Shown piece after piece: positions 63,365 through 64,000 of a DNA stretch of 64,000 nucleotides. The notes under the pieces are model-generated. The model was not told the DNA's origin and searched no databases. It saw only the letters and a list, made by a program, of their open reading frames with translations. The number at the start of each line of letters is the position of its first letter. Position 1 is the stretch's first letter. The stretch spans positions 1 through 64,000 of the forward strand of contig JABANN010000045.1 of NCBI GenBank assembly GCA_013115125.1, written 5' to 3'. Made by a program: the position numbers and the translations under genes. This DNA comes from Perkinsus olseni (Eukaryota).

Positions 63365-64000
63365 CAATGAACCCGAATATAAGATGGAAAGCTGCCAAAA
63401 TGAGCGGAAACAGGACCATCGACCATGATGACTCTAGCTGGCTTCCCTAGCGTATGGAAACCAAACTCCGCCGTTGGGCTTCCAGGAGAGCTTCAGTGAG
63501 TGACCTGCGCCATTGTTCGTTCAATTCACTTCACAGGGTGTTAGCCTACAGTGATAACCTCCGTGACTAATCGCACGTCACCGAGGAGCATAGGGTGTAT
63601 GCTAGAGATAAAGTCCCCTAGGCGGGAGAACAGCAAACCGTTGACGTCATCAGCTCAAAGTTCACAGTGGAGCTTATGAAGTTGTTCGTGCAACTGTGAT
63701 GGTGGATTGAGGCGGCCCATCCGCTACGACCTGTGGCCCGCCACTGCTAGGAGTGATGCTCGCTGATTCACAACTCAACATGATCATCGTATGCGTGATG
63801 AAAAGGGTTTGAAATGGATGACAATAACGACATAAACGACGAAGCTGAAAAGCCCCTGGAATCCACGACTACCATAAGGCACGAAGGGGCAGGCAATATG
63901 AGCACATCACAGAAAGCTCTGGGGCTGGGGAAATGCCTCGCCAGAGGGGGATCATACAGGTCCTTTCTCCTTCTGTTGAATCAACTCTCTCACGTTGAAA

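Overview
Eukaryotic, gene-dense DNA with many short (~40-100 bp) GT-AG introns. Gene content and an exact Perkinsus-type spliced-leader (SL) 21-mer point to the alveolate parasite genus Perkinsus (inference). In order, the window holds: (1) two porphobilinogen deaminase genes (hemC; one with a fused HemD-like C-terminus) flanking an ALDH with a mitochondrial-type presequence; (2) an uncharacterised membrane-protein gene; (3) six tandem, intronless MFS hexose transporters; (4) 2-methylcitrate/citrate synthase, a TMTC O-mannosyltransferase and tRNA-Ala(AGC); (5) a long minus-strand run of a BUD23-like methyltransferase, a Nup54-like FG nucleoporin, an SRP40/Nopp140-like protein, a HAD hydrolase, a SulP transporter, secreted lineage-specific proteins and a gustatory-receptor-like (7TM ion channel) gene. 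The standout is a 1031-bp internally deleted LTR retrotransposon (53495-54525, GAAAG target-site duplication) whose intact LTR contains a perfect host spliced-leader sequence in its spliced (no GT donor) form. Multi-exon gene boundaries were read by eye and are approximate.
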